Virus record (IMG/VR): IMGVR_UViG_3300027863_000019
Coordinates: 32,001-96,000 of that record
Length of the DNA: 64,000 nt
Source: a virus
Reading direction: 5' to 3' (one strand)
In this document: positions 29,220 to 39,687 of the stretch, piece by piece
Layout of the letters: every line of letters begins with the position of its first letter
Numbering within the stretch: the stretch's first letter is position 1
Notes under the pieces: generated by a model
Databases searched by the model: none
The model's input: the letters and a program-made list of their open reading frames with translations, nothing else
What the model was told of the DNA's origin: nothing
Made by a program: the position numbers and the translations under genes

Positions 29220-29593
29220 GTTCTGCTAAAGCTAAGGGTAGAAATCTGCAGCATTGGGCTTGTCAGAAGATTAGTGATCTTACTGGACTACCGTGGGGGA
29301 AAGACGAACATATTGCATCCCGTGAAGGTGGTCAATCAGGCGTTGATGTTAAGTTAATTGGTAAAGCGAGAAAGTTATTTCCATTTAGCGTGGAATGTAA
29401 GAATCATAAGACGTGGCGTATAAAAGAATGGATCGAACAAGCTATTTCAAATTGTATGCCAGAAACTTACTGGTTGCTTATTTTGAGAAAGTCAGATAAA
29501 ATTAAAAAGAATAGAATTGAAAATATTGTAGTCATGGATGCAAACGATTTTTTCGAATTGATTTCTCGCCTCGGGGGTTTTGAGGATAAGTAA
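29132..29593 (+). CDS. PD-(D/E)XK nuclease, putative Holliday junction resolvase
   Basis: SAKAKGR, GVD, SVECKN, W.EQA; start uncertain. Confidence 0.75.
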   Translation: MGRKPERISSTKSCKPGTTAKAQKKRIKVSSAKAKGRNLQHWACQKISDLTGLPWGKDEHIASREGGQSGVDVKLIGKARKLFPFSVECKNHKTWRIKEWIEQAISNCMPETYWLLILRKSDKIKKNRIENIVVMDANDFFELISRLGGFEDK

Positions 29594-30058
29594 TGAGTTT
29601 ATCTGAACCGATTATTACACTCGATCACTCAAATAAACATAGAGTCTATATTTATTCAAGAAACGCGAGCGATGGGATGGAAAGTATTTCTAGATTTAAA
29701 AACGCATGAAACCCAATCCACTACAATTCAAGTTATAGATTGGGTAGGGAAAAGTAGAATAGATTTAATGACAGTCGTATATACTCCTGAAACAAGAATA
29801 AATATTAAGCACAAGAGATATGCCAAAGAACTCGCAGTTAAAACATTAACGACCTCATCAATGATAGAAGAGAAATCATTTAAGAATCGGGTATCGAAAG
29901 TCCACGCAGCTAATTTTGATGGCATCGTTTGTCCAGCAATTGCTGCATTGTAGACAAGAGAAGTTTTTCCTGGCGCTACTTGAAGAAAATCCACGATCGA
30001 AATATTCTACTGAACAGCTAAAATTTCATCTCGACAGGCTGCAAAAAGGACATCGCAC

Positions 30059-30538
30059 ATGGAAAATTCAACCGAAGTTCTAATGGGCTTTGATGCAAAG
30101 TCAGCTTTGGCGGAGATTCGCGCGGACGAGAAACCAAGACGTGGGAGAAAGAAAGGAAGTCGAAATAAACGCGAGACGAAGTTTTCAAGTGATGCAAACG
30201 AAACAAAGAGAGAGTTAATCAGGAAGATCGAACTAATCTACAAACAGTTTTCGTTTGAACGTAGTGAAGAGTCTCCATTAACTAATTTCTCCGAAAGAGA
30301 TTTGCAGGTTCACTTTAATCGTTTACAATGGGGTCAGAATTCTATAACAAAAGGTGTATGCGTTCTCGAACCTGAGCAGATACCTGAGAATGGATTCTAC
30401 TGTAATTGTCCTCCATTCCATAAAATCTGGACTAATGCATTTTACTGTCAAATGAGAATTGTATATCCAAGTCTCTATCCTGGATGTACTTCATGCGAGA
30501 GGTGGAGGGAACATGAAGAAGATAGTTCCAGTGCCTGA
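30059..30538 (+). CDS. hypothetical protein
   Basis: RRGRKKGS basic motif, Cys-rich C-terminus. Confidence 0.6.
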   Translation: MENSTEVLMGFDAKSALAEIRADEKPRRGRKKGSRNKRETKFSSDANETKRELIRKIELIYKQFSFERSEESPLTNFSERDLQVHFNRLQWGQNSITKGVCVLEPEQIPENGFYCNCPPFHKIWTNAFYCQMRIVYPSLYPGCTSCERWREHEEDSSSA

Positions 30539-30764
30539 TGGTTTTTCGGTTGATATCCCAGATTTTAATCTGGTGTTCAATGTATCACCATTTCCAGTTA
30601 TCAAACCCGTTGTACTAACTGAAACTCCCTACGAAGTAGAAGATCACTTAGTATGGGTTCATATGAATAATAAACTTTACGGACTCTTTGATCGTAAAGT
30701 GTTAAATAAACATCGCTGCCCTACTTGTGGACAAGAGTGGCATTATGAAGGAGAGATATCGTGA
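30513..30764 (+). CDS. hypothetical protein
   Basis: ATG after ggagg; CPTCG. Confidence 0.55.
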   Translation: MKKIVPVPDGFSVDIPDFNLVFNVSPFPVIKPVVLTETPYEVEDHLVWVHMNNKLYGLFDRKVLNKHRCPTCGQEWHYEGEIS

Positions 30765-31576
30765 AACCAGTAATCGTTGATGATGCTCGTGACTTGCCCG
30801 AGGCATGGATGAATCTTCTCAGAGCAATCTTTACACAAGGAAGAGAATATGAAGTTATCGAAGGCTCTCGTGCGGGGGAACGTCGCAAAACTATTGACGG
30901 TCTTGGATATATTGTGCATCCGGATCATCGTCCTCTCGCACCGATGCCTAGGGCTGGGCTCGCAACGCCAACTTCTATTGACGGCATCCAAGAATATTTC
31001 AACGATTATCTCGTTCGAGAAGATGGACCTCCAGGGTCAAAAGCTCATTACGTCTATGGTAAATGGATCGCTCCCATGATTGAATGGTCTGCCAAATATC
31101 TTGCAAATTGGGGACCTGGTCAAGCTCATTGTTGTATTAGAGTAGGAGATGCTTGTGATGCAAAGCAGTACGATACTGACTATAAGGTTCAGTGTCCTTG
31201 GTGTATTGAAGCTAAACCAAATCCAGAGTGCATGCTTTGCAGGGGAACTGGTTTTATGAAAGATGAGACCAAACGAATTACGACTCCATGTTTGGTGAAT
31301 ATGTCATTGCAAATCGTTCCACATACTGATGGAAACTTTTATCTCAAGCATCATATCACTTATCGTTCATGGGATGCCTTTAATGGTTGGCCTGAGAATA
31401 TGGGTGGATTTCAATTAGTTAAAGAAACTATCTATGATTTGATGCATCAATTCGAGCCCTTTGAGTGGTTGCCCAAAAACGCTAAGTTTCTCAACGGTCC
31501 TGCTACATGGAGATGTTGGGATGTGCATGTATACTCTGCGGATTATGATGCTGCCAAAGCTTGGATTGGAATGTAG
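30761..31576 (+). CDS. thymidylate synthase-family protein
   Basis: PCL, RSWD, PEN, HVY; internal CPWC...CMLCRGTG insert. Confidence 0.8.
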   Translation: MKPVIVDDARDLPEAWMNLLRAIFTQGREYEVIEGSRAGERRKTIDGLGYIVHPDHRPLAPMPRAGLATPTSIDGIQEYFNDYLVREDGPPGSKAHYVYGKWIAPMIEWSAKYLANWGPGQAHCCIRVGDACDAKQYDTDYKVQCPWCIEAKPNPECMLCRGTGFMKDETKRITTPCLVNMSLQIVPHTDGNFYLKHHITYRSWDAFNGWPENMGGFQLVKETIYDLMHQFEPFEWLPKNAKFLNGPATWRCWDVHVYSADYDAAKAWIGM

Positions 31577-31618
31577 AGTTTCTGAAGAATTACGACAAGA
31601 TAACTAAGAGAGGACCGC

Positions 31619-32140
31619 ATGACTGTCGAACTTGTTAAAGCTTACTTAAAGCGCCACATACACTTTGGAGAGTTTGAATTACACTCGGGAGTAGTGACAA
31701 ATTACTATATCGATATCCGTCCTCTCTTTCTCGATTCCTTGATCACTTATGACACTGCAATGATGATGTTTACAAAGTTGAATCCTGATATTCAATTCAT
31801 CGCTGGAGTCGAAAAAAGCGGTTTCATTATCGTTCCAAGTTTGATCGCGATTTGTCATCATCGTCCTTTGAAGGGAGTTCTTGTTCGTAAGATTCCAAAG
31901 ATGCATGGACTCTGTCGAATGGTCGAAGGAGATAGAATTCCTCTAGGAAGTAAGATGGCAATCGTAGATGATATCATTACAACTGGTGCATCGCTAAGGT
32001 TTGCTACTAGAGCAGTTGAAGAAGAGTATGGCGCTGAGGTTGTACAGTGGCTTACTTTAGTCGATAGAACTGAAGGAAAGGTTAAGACGCCCGTTCCATT
32101 AGTATCAGTATTTAAGGCTGAGGACTTATTGGCAAGCTAA
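31619..32140 (+). CDS. pyrE: orotate phosphoribosyltransferase
   Basis: GEFELHSG..YYID, VRK..K.HG, VDDIITTGAS. Confidence 0.85.
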   Translation: MTVELVKAYLKRHIHFGEFELHSGVVTNYYIDIRPLFLDSLITYDTAMMMFTKLNPDIQFIAGVEKSGFIIVPSLIAICHHRPLKGVLVRKIPKMHGLCRMVEGDRIPLGSKMAIVDDIITTGASLRFATRAVEEEYGAEVVQWLTLVDRTEGKVKTPVPLVSVFKAEDLLAS

Positions 32141-32346
32141 TGGCTTATGCTAAAGATTATCGGTTGTTGAGGGCTTATTCCCTTGTACGAAATGGTCAAC
32201 AATTTTTTGTGTATGTTGATCAATACGATGAGTTTGATGAGTGGTGTTTGGAGGAGTTTGACTTTCAAGATGATGTTGAAGTTATTGAGTCGGACGATAG
32301 TCTCACAAAGTTTTTCAATGAATGCAAAATAGGGTTTGAGTGCTAA
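32140..32346 (+). CDS. hypothetical acidic protein
   Basis: Translationally coupled ORF. Confidence 0.55.
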   Translation: MAYAKDYRLLRAYSLVRNGQQFFVYVDQYDEFDEWCLEEFDFQDDVEVIESDDSLTKFFNECKIGFEC

Positions 32347-32572
32347 TGAACTATCAGGATTTACCTCAGGAGTTAAGATACACTTTTACAGAGATGGAAA
32401 AGAGGGGTGGAGGTATTTGTCCTTACTGTCATGGAAAAGCAATTGTTGGTGAAGGTGGAAAAGTCTATTGTAGTCAAGAGTCTTGTAGCCACGTCATGCA
32501 ACAAAATGGTGAACAATAAAGGTTACTTCTAACAAATTAGGAGTCGGATACTTCCACGGAGGATGACTTCTA

Positions 32573-33454
32573 ATGAAAAATGTAAGATTTGGTTGGCGTC
32601 GGGATCTTCCCGACTTTCGTGATTATCGAGTTGATCATCCCGAAATTCTTAAAACTCTTCAAGATACGAATACTCCCTGTCCAGTTCAGAATGCCGATTC
32701 AACATCGGCTATTACTAAAGTAGATCTTCGTAAGTGGTGTTCGCCGATTGAAGATCAAGGTGATCTCGGATCCTGTACAGCAAACGCTGGAGTTGGTCTC
32801 GTCGAATTTTTCGAACGCAAAGCTTCTAATAATCAAAAGTATATCAACCTTTCAAGATTGTTTCTTTATAAGGTGACTCGTACTTTCGGAAACATTAAAG
32901 GTGATAACGGCGCATCTTTGAGAGAAACTCTCGGTGCGTTGGTTTTGTTTGGGGTTCCACCTGAAGACTATTGGACCTATGATATCAGTAAGTTCGATGA
33001 CGAGCCGTCAGCATTTTGTTACGCCTTTGCGCAAAACTTTAAGTCTATTAAGTACTTACGATTGGATGCTGCGGACAAGACACAGACATCAACGCTCACG
33101 AACGTTAAGGCTTATTTGAAAGCCGGGTTTCCCAGTATCTTCGGGTTCTCGGTTTATAAGAGCATTGACGATGCAGATACAACTGGGAAGATTCCTTTTC
33201 CTGCATCGCAAGAAAGCTTCATGGGTGGTCATGCTGTCATGGCAGTTGGTTATGACGATACAATGGTTATTACCAATCCGCGTGATAAGACCGCTCGCAC
33301 GGGAGCTTTGATCATCCGGAATTCTTGGGGAACTACTTGGGGTGAAAAAGGTTATGGATATCTTCCATATGATTATATCCTCCAAGGGCTTGCTGATGAC
33401 TTCTGGACAGTACTCAGCCAAAGCTGGGTTGACATTACTCAGTTTGCTGGCTAA
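32573..33454 (+). CDS. papain-family (C1A) cysteine protease
   Basis: DQGDLGSCTA, GGHAV, IRNSWG..WG..GY. Confidence 0.92.
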   Translation: MKNVRFGWRRDLPDFRDYRVDHPEILKTLQDTNTPCPVQNADSTSAITKVDLRKWCSPIEDQGDLGSCTANAGVGLVEFFERKASNNQKYINLSRLFLYKVTRTFGNIKGDNGASLRETLGALVLFGVPPEDYWTYDISKFDDEPSAFCYAFAQNFKSIKYLRLDAADKTQTSTLTNVKAYLKAGFPSIFGFSVYKSIDDADTTGKIPFPASQESFMGGHAVMAVGYDDTMVITNPRDKTARTGALIIRNSWGTTWGEKGYGYLPYDYILQGLADDFWTVLSQSWVDITQFAG

Positions 33455-33463
33455 GAGAGGTGA

Positions 33464-33745
33464 TTGATGATTAAAGAGTGGATGGGTTTTATTATTGCTT
33501 GTATCACAATGGTAGGTGGTTTCTACGCCCTAGTCTACCTACCAGATGCAAAAGTTGGTGTTGTGACTCCACTCATGACTTTCATTCTTGGCTACTACTT
33601 TGGTAGTTCACCAGGTTCTCATAATAAAGATCAAACAATTAGTAATCTCGCGATGACTCATTTGAAACAAGTTCCAATGCTCACAAAGCCTCACCCGAAT
33701 TGTGATCCTGATCTGGAAGAGAAACCGGAGCTACCGACATCATGA
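33464..33745 (+). CDS. holin-like membrane protein
   Basis: Two TM segments, GYYFGSS. Confidence 0.5.
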   Translation: MMIKEWMGFIIACITMVGGFYALVYLPDAKVGVVTPLMTFILGYYFGSSPGSHNKDQTISNLAMTHLKQVPMLTKPHPNCDPDLEEKPELPTS

Positions 33746-34140
33746 TGAAGTGGAATTGGCATGAGAAACATTCCGCTGGATTAACCTTTGGGCAACGTTT
33801 CGCAGATAAGACTGCACAGTTAATGGGCTCATGGGCTTTTATAATTGTGCAGTCTATTTTTGTGATTGGTTGGATGTCATTAAATTTCGTTGCGTGGATT
33901 GTGAAGTGGGATCCTTATCCGTTTATCTTGTTGAATCTCGTCTTCTCTATACAGGCAGCCTATGCAGCTCCAATAATCATGATGGCGCAGAATCGTCAGA
34001 ATGAACGTGATCGAGTTCAAGCGGAAGCTGACTACGCTACAGATCAAAGAGTTGACCAGGAAGTTGGTGAAATACAGAAAACTTTAATGGAAGTGAAGCA
34101 AATTGTTGAGTCAATAGAAAAAAAGATAACTCCTCAATAA
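33742..34140 (+). CDS. DUF1003 membrane protein
   Basis: GQRFAD..A..MGSW, DPYPFILLNL..S.QAAYAAPIIMMAQNRQ. Confidence 0.9.
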   Translation: MMKWNWHEKHSAGLTFGQRFADKTAQLMGSWAFIIVQSIFVIGWMSLNFVAWIVKWDPYPFILLNLVFSIQAAYAAPIIMMAQNRQNERDRVQAEADYATDQRVDQEVGEIQKTLMEVKQIVESIEKKITPQ

Positions 34141-34793
34141 TGAAACTAGTTTGCGTAACCGCCATATGCGGAGGATACGATAAGATAATAGATGTACATC
34201 CTCGTTCTGATGATGTGCAATATATTTGTTTTACTGATAATCCTGATCTTAAATCTGACCTGTGGGAGATACGTCCTGCCTTTAATGGTTTTGCTGGAAG
34301 GTGGGATGCTAATATTCGAAATGCAAAACATCATAAAGTAATGATCCATGCCTGGGTTGATTGTGAGATTAGTTTATGGCTAGACTCTAATATAACGCTG
34401 TTTAAGCCGCCGACCCAATTAGTTGAACAGTACCTGCAAGACTGCGACATTTGTACTTTTACTCATTGGGGAAGGCAATGCATTTATCAAGAAGCGGATA
34501 CGTGCTCTCAACTAGGTTTAGACGATCCTGAAATCATTCGAAAGCAAATGGAAAAGTATCGCATCGAAGGTTATCCAGAAATGAATGGTCTTAATGCGGG
34601 TGGATTTATTTTAAGAAGACATACCAAAGAAGTAGCTGAGTTCAATCGCTTTTGGTGGGATCAAATTAATCAGTATTCCAAACGAGATCAATTGAGTTTA
34701 AATTATTGTATTTGGAAAACTGGAATTAAGATGGGAACCTTCTGCCCATATCCTGGAAATGATTTCATGGGAATCAGAGTACACGGCACGTGA
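34140..34793 (+). CDS. DUF616-like glycosyltransferase
   Basis: TAICGGYD, ICFTD, WLDSNI, R.CIYQE, RDQLS. Confidence 0.8.
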   Translation: MKLVCVTAICGGYDKIIDVHPRSDDVQYICFTDNPDLKSDLWEIRPAFNGFAGRWDANIRNAKHHKVMIHAWVDCEISLWLDSNITLFKPPTQLVEQYLQDCDICTFTHWGRQCIYQEADTCSQLGLDDPEIIRKQMEKYRIEGYPEMNGLNAGGFILRRHTKEVAEFNRFWWDQINQYSKRDQLSLNYCIWKTGIKMGTFCPYPGNDFMGIRVHGT

Positions 34794-35581
34794 AAATTTT
34801 AATCCTCGCTGATATTCCTGGATGGATCGTAGATCGTATTACGGATCGTATGATTGAAGGAATCGATTTTCAATTTACGAAAGAGTATTACGCGAGCATT
34901 CCGTCTGAGCGTCTTGTAGAGTTAGCGAATCAACATGACCTTGTTCACTATAATAATTGGGATATTCAATATCACTTGAACGTTCTCGATCAAATAAAAG
35001 TACCATTCTTGATGTCTATTCGTTCTTTTAGATATCCCCCTTACGTTAGAGACTTAGCAAGTAAACTTCATATTCATGTAATCCATATGGCTCTAAAGGA
35101 TGTTTTTATAGACTCGCATTATATTCCAGATGGAATCTTCGATCAGTTTATTCCAGATCACGATTTCGTAGTGGGCTATGCGGGAAAGCCAAGTGACTAT
35201 AAAGGCTTTCCAATGATTGTTCAAGCGTGTTCTGAACTTGGAGTAAAGTTTAAACCCGCCACTGGCGATATTAAAGCTGAAGACATGTACGACTATTATA
35301 AATCAATTGACCTTCTGGTATCCGCTTCGTATGCAGAAGGCTTCTGCGCTCCAGTAATGGAATGCTTAGCAATGAATAAGCCAGTGATAACAACTGATGT
35401 TGGCGCAGCGAGGTTTTTAAACGTACACAAGATTGAAAGATCGGTTGAAGGAATTAAACAAGGTATTCAAAAATTTTATACGCGAGACCAAGTAATACCA
35501 AAATTTGCGTGGTCAAATATTTGTGATCAGTTCAAAAATCTCTATATTGAATTAAAGGACAGAGCATTAAATAGACTTTAG
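34790..35581 (+). CDS. GT-B (family 4-like) glycosyltransferase
   Basis: KG, EGFCAPVME (EX7E), PVITTDVG. Confidence 0.85.
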   Translation: MKILILADIPGWIVDRITDRMIEGIDFQFTKEYYASIPSERLVELANQHDLVHYNNWDIQYHLNVLDQIKVPFLMSIRSFRYPPYVRDLASKLHIHVIHMALKDVFIDSHYIPDGIFDQFIPDHDFVVGYAGKPSDYKGFPMIVQACSELGVKFKPATGDIKAEDMYDYYKSIDLLVSASYAEGFCAPVMECLAMNKPVITTDVGAARFLNVHKIERSVEGIKQGIQKFYTRDQVIPKFAWSNICDQFKNLYIELKDRALNRL

Positions 35582-35709
35582 AAACGAGAAACCGATTGTA
35601 GCGGAAAGAGTTACTCAAATTTCTGCCAAGATTCGCGATGAATTATATGTGTAATCTATTTGTGAAAGACTTGGAACTTGGTTCACTACTTGTATAGGAA
35701 GGAGAGATA

Positions 35710-36258
35710 ATGATCATTCGCAATGATGACGTATCGGTTGATACTCAGATGTCAGACTTTTATAAGTTTTGTGAAATCTGTGACCGACGTGGATTTAAAA
35801 TTCTTCAAGGAATAACCATTTGTGGAGAGACTCATAAGATTGATTATCGAATGGATAACAATCAAATTAAGTCTCTCGGCTCCGGTCGTCAGATCTTTGA
35901 GCATACTGAACTTATCGATTACCTAGTACAGCGGAATGATTTAATCGCTGTTCATGGATTATGGCATACTCACGAGGTAACCGAGAAAGAAATCGAGTCA
36001 GCTAAGCGAATGTTAACAAGGGTATTAAAACCAACATACTTTATACCTCCTTTTAATGAGGGCGATTATCCAAATGAAATATGTGGATTGCAAGTTTCGT
36101 CGAAAGACGCTCAAAATATTGAACACTATTTTCAAACCACAGATATTCCAACAACTGAAATCGCTTATACCCATTTTTGGAGATATGGAAGATGGTATCC
36201 TTGGGAGACTCTGGAAAAAACCTTAGATCGTATTGTCGAGAAGATGATCCAGAGTTAG
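35710..36258 (+). CDS. polysaccharide deacetylase-like protein
   Basis: IRNDDV, HGLWH, FIPPFN. Confidence 0.7.
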   Translation: MIIRNDDVSVDTQMSDFYKFCEICDRRGFKILQGITICGETHKIDYRMDNNQIKSLGSGRQIFEHTELIDYLVQRNDLIAVHGLWHTHEVTEKEIESAKRMLTRVLKPTYFIPPFNEGDYPNEICGLQVSSKDAQNIEHYFQTTDIPTTEIAYTHFWRYGRWYPWETLEKTLDRIVEKMIQS

Positions 36259-36797
36259 ACTTCAAGACTGTTCAACCTGAAGCGGTTGGATTAGATCCCA
36301 CAGAATGTTTTCGTTCATCACCTTCCGGCGATGAATTTCTTAGACATTTTATCCAGTCTCTAAATATCACTGATCAAGATTCGATCTTAGATATTGGATG
36401 TGGAAAAGGAAGTGCGATGTGTATTATGCGTGAATTTCCTTTTGCACGAATAATGGGAGTAGAGATTTCCGAACAACTTGCTGAGATCGCAAAACATAAT
36501 TTCGAGACTTTACATTCCAAAAGATGTATCGTCCACGTTGGTAATGCAGCGAGGTTTTCATTGTATAACTTATTTAATTACTACTATCTATACAATCCAT
36601 TTCCATGTCATGTAATGACACAAGTTATAACAAAGATTAATCAGACTACCGCAATGTCAAGTCGTGAACGTTTCATCATCTATAATAATCCGGTGTGCCA
36701 TGATGAAATCATAAAAGGAGGTTGGTTTAAAATTAAGGAAGTTCCAACTAAATGGAGCTTGCGAATTTTTATTTATTCCAACAGGAGCCCGAAATGA
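36177..36797 (+). CDS. class I SAM-dependent methyltransferase
   Basis: LDIGCGKG, GVE, YNPF; start uncertain. Confidence 0.85.
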   Translation: MEIWKMVSLGDSGKNLRSYCREDDPELDFKTVQPEAVGLDPTECFRSSPSGDEFLRHFIQSLNITDQDSILDIGCGKGSAMCIMREFPFARIMGVEISEQLAEIAKHNFETLHSKRCIVHVGNAARFSLYNLFNYYYLYNPFPCHVMTQVITKINQTTAMSSRERFIIYNNPVCHDEIIKGGWFKIKEVPTKWSLRIFIYSNRSPK

Positions 36798-37567
36798 TTG
36801 TTTCAACGGATGAAGCACTTGAACTAATGAAGGAGAAGGATCTACAACCGGTGAGTGACATTTGGCACTACTCGTTTAATATCGAGCAGTACTATGAGTA
36901 CTTCGACTTCTTACAAGATGATCATGCTTCATTTTTAATTGCGCCAAAGAAGTTACACCAGTGGGCGCCATTACCCATTTTTACTAATAAGCCGGATGAT
37001 GAAAATTTAACTCGAGCTTGGAAAGGAACGAATCGATTTTGGTTTTGCAGGCTCACAACATTTGACGATTTTTTAAATCGTCGCAGTACTATGAGTCGAA
37101 TGCCGCGAAAGCATTTTCCCACTTTGCAAACTTTCCCAAAGAAGGATGCTTACTTGCAAGGCAAGTTATCAATTGAATTTCTTGACATCCCGACTTTTCA
37201 AGAAATTTATGACAATTTAAAAAGGGAAGAACACATCAGTGGTAAAGAGGTTTTGGATTCTCTTTTTCGATCAAACATTGGTACTCCTCATGACTGGTTC
37301 AAGATGATGACATTGGAAGTCAAGAAAAGTATCGTGGGGGTGGGTCTTCTAGTCGATGACGGTCGTAGTCAATCTTTAATCAACTTAGCTACCATAATTG
37401 ATTTAAATCGGTATGGCTTATATATGTTAACCTTGTGGATTAAAGAATGCTGCGCGGTACGATATAAATCCGTTGATGCAGGAATCAGTGGCACATACGG
37501 AATCTATAAAGATCAAATCTTTATAGATTCCGTATTCGAAAGATTGCCGTACAAAATAAACCTTTGA
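36752..37567 (+). CDS. hypothetical protein, possible GNAT fold
   Basis: C-terminal G...L..WIKE...DAG...YK pattern. Confidence 0.5.
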   Translation: MELANFYLFQQEPEMIVSTDEALELMKEKDLQPVSDIWHYSFNIEQYYEYFDFLQDDHASFLIAPKKLHQWAPLPIFTNKPDDENLTRAWKGTNRFWFCRLTTFDDFLNRRSTMSRMPRKHFPTLQTFPKKDAYLQGKLSIEFLDIPTFQEIYDNLKREEHISGKEVLDSLFRSNIGTPHDWFKMMTLEVKKSIVGVGLLVDDGRSQSLINLATIIDLNRYGLYMLTLWIKECCAVRYKSVDAGISGTYGIYKDQIFIDSVFERLPYKINL

Positions 37568-37578
37568 GGTGACTGTAA

Positions 37579-38328
37579 ATGGATAGATGGGATTTAATTA
37601 ACTATTTAATCGAAACTTTTGGGTACAAAACTTATCTGGAGATTGGAGTCTACGATCCCAAAAATAATTTCGATAAGATTAAAGCTGAAGTGAAACATGG
37701 AGTAGATCCTGACCCAGCAGGACCTGTCTCCCACAAAATGAAAGCCGATGACTTCTTCGCTCAGAATAAGGATAAGTATGATCTTATCTTTATTGATGGA
37801 TTTCATGTAGATGAGCAGGTGTGTAAAGACGTTGCGAACTCTCTCGCAAGTCTAACTCCTAACGGAATGATTGTTCTTCACGATTGTAATCCACTCGAGA
37901 AGGATCACCAGGAAGTTCCTGCTGTAACAACTTATTGGGTAGGAACAGTTTGGAAAGCTTTCACTAGGTTCCTCACTCAGCTCCCACCTGACATCGAAAT
38001 GTTTGTCGTGGATATTGACACTGGAATTGGAATAATGAAAGCGACAGGGAAGGGGACGCGATTAGATCCAATTCCTGAGCAGGAATTAACGTTCGAAAAT
38101 CTCGAACTTAACCGCGCGAGTTGGTTAAACCTTAAAACGTTTGATGAGTTTCTCGCTTGGGTGAAAGCTCAAGTCCCAACTCCCACGCCAAAGAAATCAA
38201 CTAAGGCTGTAACTGAGTCTGAAACTCAATCTATGAAGCTTGATCAAAAAGAAGCTAATGCGCAAACATTGATTGAGCCAGAGGTTGAAACTGACAAATT
38301 ATCAAAAAGTAAAGGAGGAATAAACTAA
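37579..38328 (+). CDS. class I SAM methyltransferase (Methyltransf_24-like)
   Basis: YLEIGV, GVDP, DLIFIDG.H, IVLHDC. Confidence 0.85.
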   Translation: MDRWDLINYLIETFGYKTYLEIGVYDPKNNFDKIKAEVKHGVDPDPAGPVSHKMKADDFFAQNKDKYDLIFIDGFHVDEQVCKDVANSLASLTPNGMIVLHDCNPLEKDHQEVPAVTTYWVGTVWKAFTRFLTQLPPDIEMFVVDIDTGIGIMKATGKGTRLDPIPEQELTFENLELNRASWLNLKTFDEFLAWVKAQVPTPTPKKSTKAVTESETQSMKLDQKEANAQTLIEPEVETDKLSKSKGGIN

Positions 38329-38700
38329 ATGCGTAATAAGATTTTCACATTCTTGGCCGTACTTGGTCTCGTGTTGACCATTGGTGTAGGCTGCGCGAAC
38401 TTTAAGAGCAAAATTTGTGGTAATGGTCCTGATGTAGCAATCAGCCTTCAAAACACAGTGAATACTCTTAAAGCGACCGCAGATGAGCTCAACGCGATTC
38501 TTCAGAAGGGCTACGACGCTCAGATCGCTCTTGCTTACTCTATTGCTAAGACCGCACTAACCGCCGCACAAGCACTTCTTGCACAGAATTGTCCCGATCC
38601 AAAAGATGTTGAAGCCGTTGCGACTACAACCACTGAAGAAGTACAGCCTAAAGCTTCAGCTGCTAAAATGCGCGCTGTTAAGCTCGGCCTAATTAAGTAA
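38329..38700 (+). CDS. lipoprotein
   Basis: Signal peptide with GVGC lipobox; aggagg RBS. Confidence 0.7.
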   Translation: MRNKIFTFLAVLGLVLTIGVGCANFKSKICGNGPDVAISLQNTVNTLKATADELNAILQKGYDAQIALAYSIAKTALTAAQALLAQNCPDPKDVEAVATTTTEEVQPKASAAKMRAVKLGLIK

Positions 38701-38748
38701 CTACCTTATAACTCGAGGGGAGGAAAGCCTCCCCTCATCTCCTAACCC

Positions 38749-39687
38749 ATGAATCTACCAGCTTTAATAACCGGTGACTTACACGTCGACTCTCGAAATC
38801 TTGACGTATTTAATGAGTGGTGTAAGTTCGTGAACTCCTTTAAGGAGTTTGAAACCCTTATAATCATTGGAGATTTATTCCACTCACCTGAATCGATCAA
38901 GTGGGATTGTCTTCTATCGGTGTTCGACTTCTTCGATAAGTTCGATCGCGAAGTCATTCTATTGTCAGGTAATCATGATCAAGTCTTTTACCGTGATGTT
39001 AGATCAACGATTAGTGTATTTAAGAGATATGCTTCAGTAATTGAAAAGCCTTGTAAGGTTGGTTTAACTTATTGGATTCCATCACGACCTGAAGAAGAGT
39101 TCATTAAACTCGTATCTGAGTATGCTCCAGAAAGAAAAGATGGAACTGTTTTATTTATGCATCAAATGATTCATGAGTTACGGCTTAATAATAAAGTTCC
39201 AGTTTCTTCTTCTATTAAGACTGAACACTTGGAACCATATGAATGGGTATTCAATGGACATTTACATAAACCGCAAGTAGTACCTCCTATTGTTAATGTT
39301 GGTACTCCATGGCAACATTCATTTGCTGAAGCTGGACAACAAAAGTTTATGTGGCTTTATGATGGTAAGGAAGCGAAGGCAATAGTATCGCCAATAAGAG
39401 AAAGGTTTATTGAGGGTACTATTGAAGAATTACTCGAAGCAGATTTAAAAGATAAAAATGTTAAAGTATACTTGAAACAACAAGACAATTTAGATATAAT
39501 AGTAAAAGCATTACAAGAAAAAGGTGCAAAGAGTTGGGTTTTGAAACCGATTGAAATGAGGATAAGTAGGGTAGACGCTTCAGAGGTGCACGCTTCACTT
39601 CAATCGTATATCATTAATTATTCAAGAGTTCAAAATCTAGATCCTGATGTTGAGGCGTTAGGTGCTCACTTCTTGGCGGGGCAATGA
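38749..39687 (+). CDS. SbcD/Mre11-like nuclease
   Basis: GDLH, GDLF, GNHD, GHLH; adjacent to SbcC-like gene. Confidence 0.88.
   Translation: MNLPALITGDLHVDSRNLDVFNEWCKFVNSFKEFETLIIIGDLFHSPESIKWDCLLSVFDFFDKFDREVILLSGNHDQVFYRDVRSTISVFKRYASVIEKPCKVGLTYWIPSRPEEEFIKLVSEYAPERKDGTVLFMHQMIHELRLNNKVPVSSSIKTEHLEPYEWVFNGHLHKPQVVPPIVNVGTPWQHSFAEAGQQKFMWLYDGKEAKAIVSPIRERFIEGTIEELLEADLKDKNVKVYLKQQDNLDIIVKALQEKGAKSWVLKPIEMRISRVDASEVHASLQSYIINYSRVQNLDPDVEALGAHFLAGQ

Noticed and set aside
32505-32572. ggttacttc and two more acttc motifs like the Y scaffold
   Set aside because: No complementary 3' strand or UUUCUCC motif; spacing is off.
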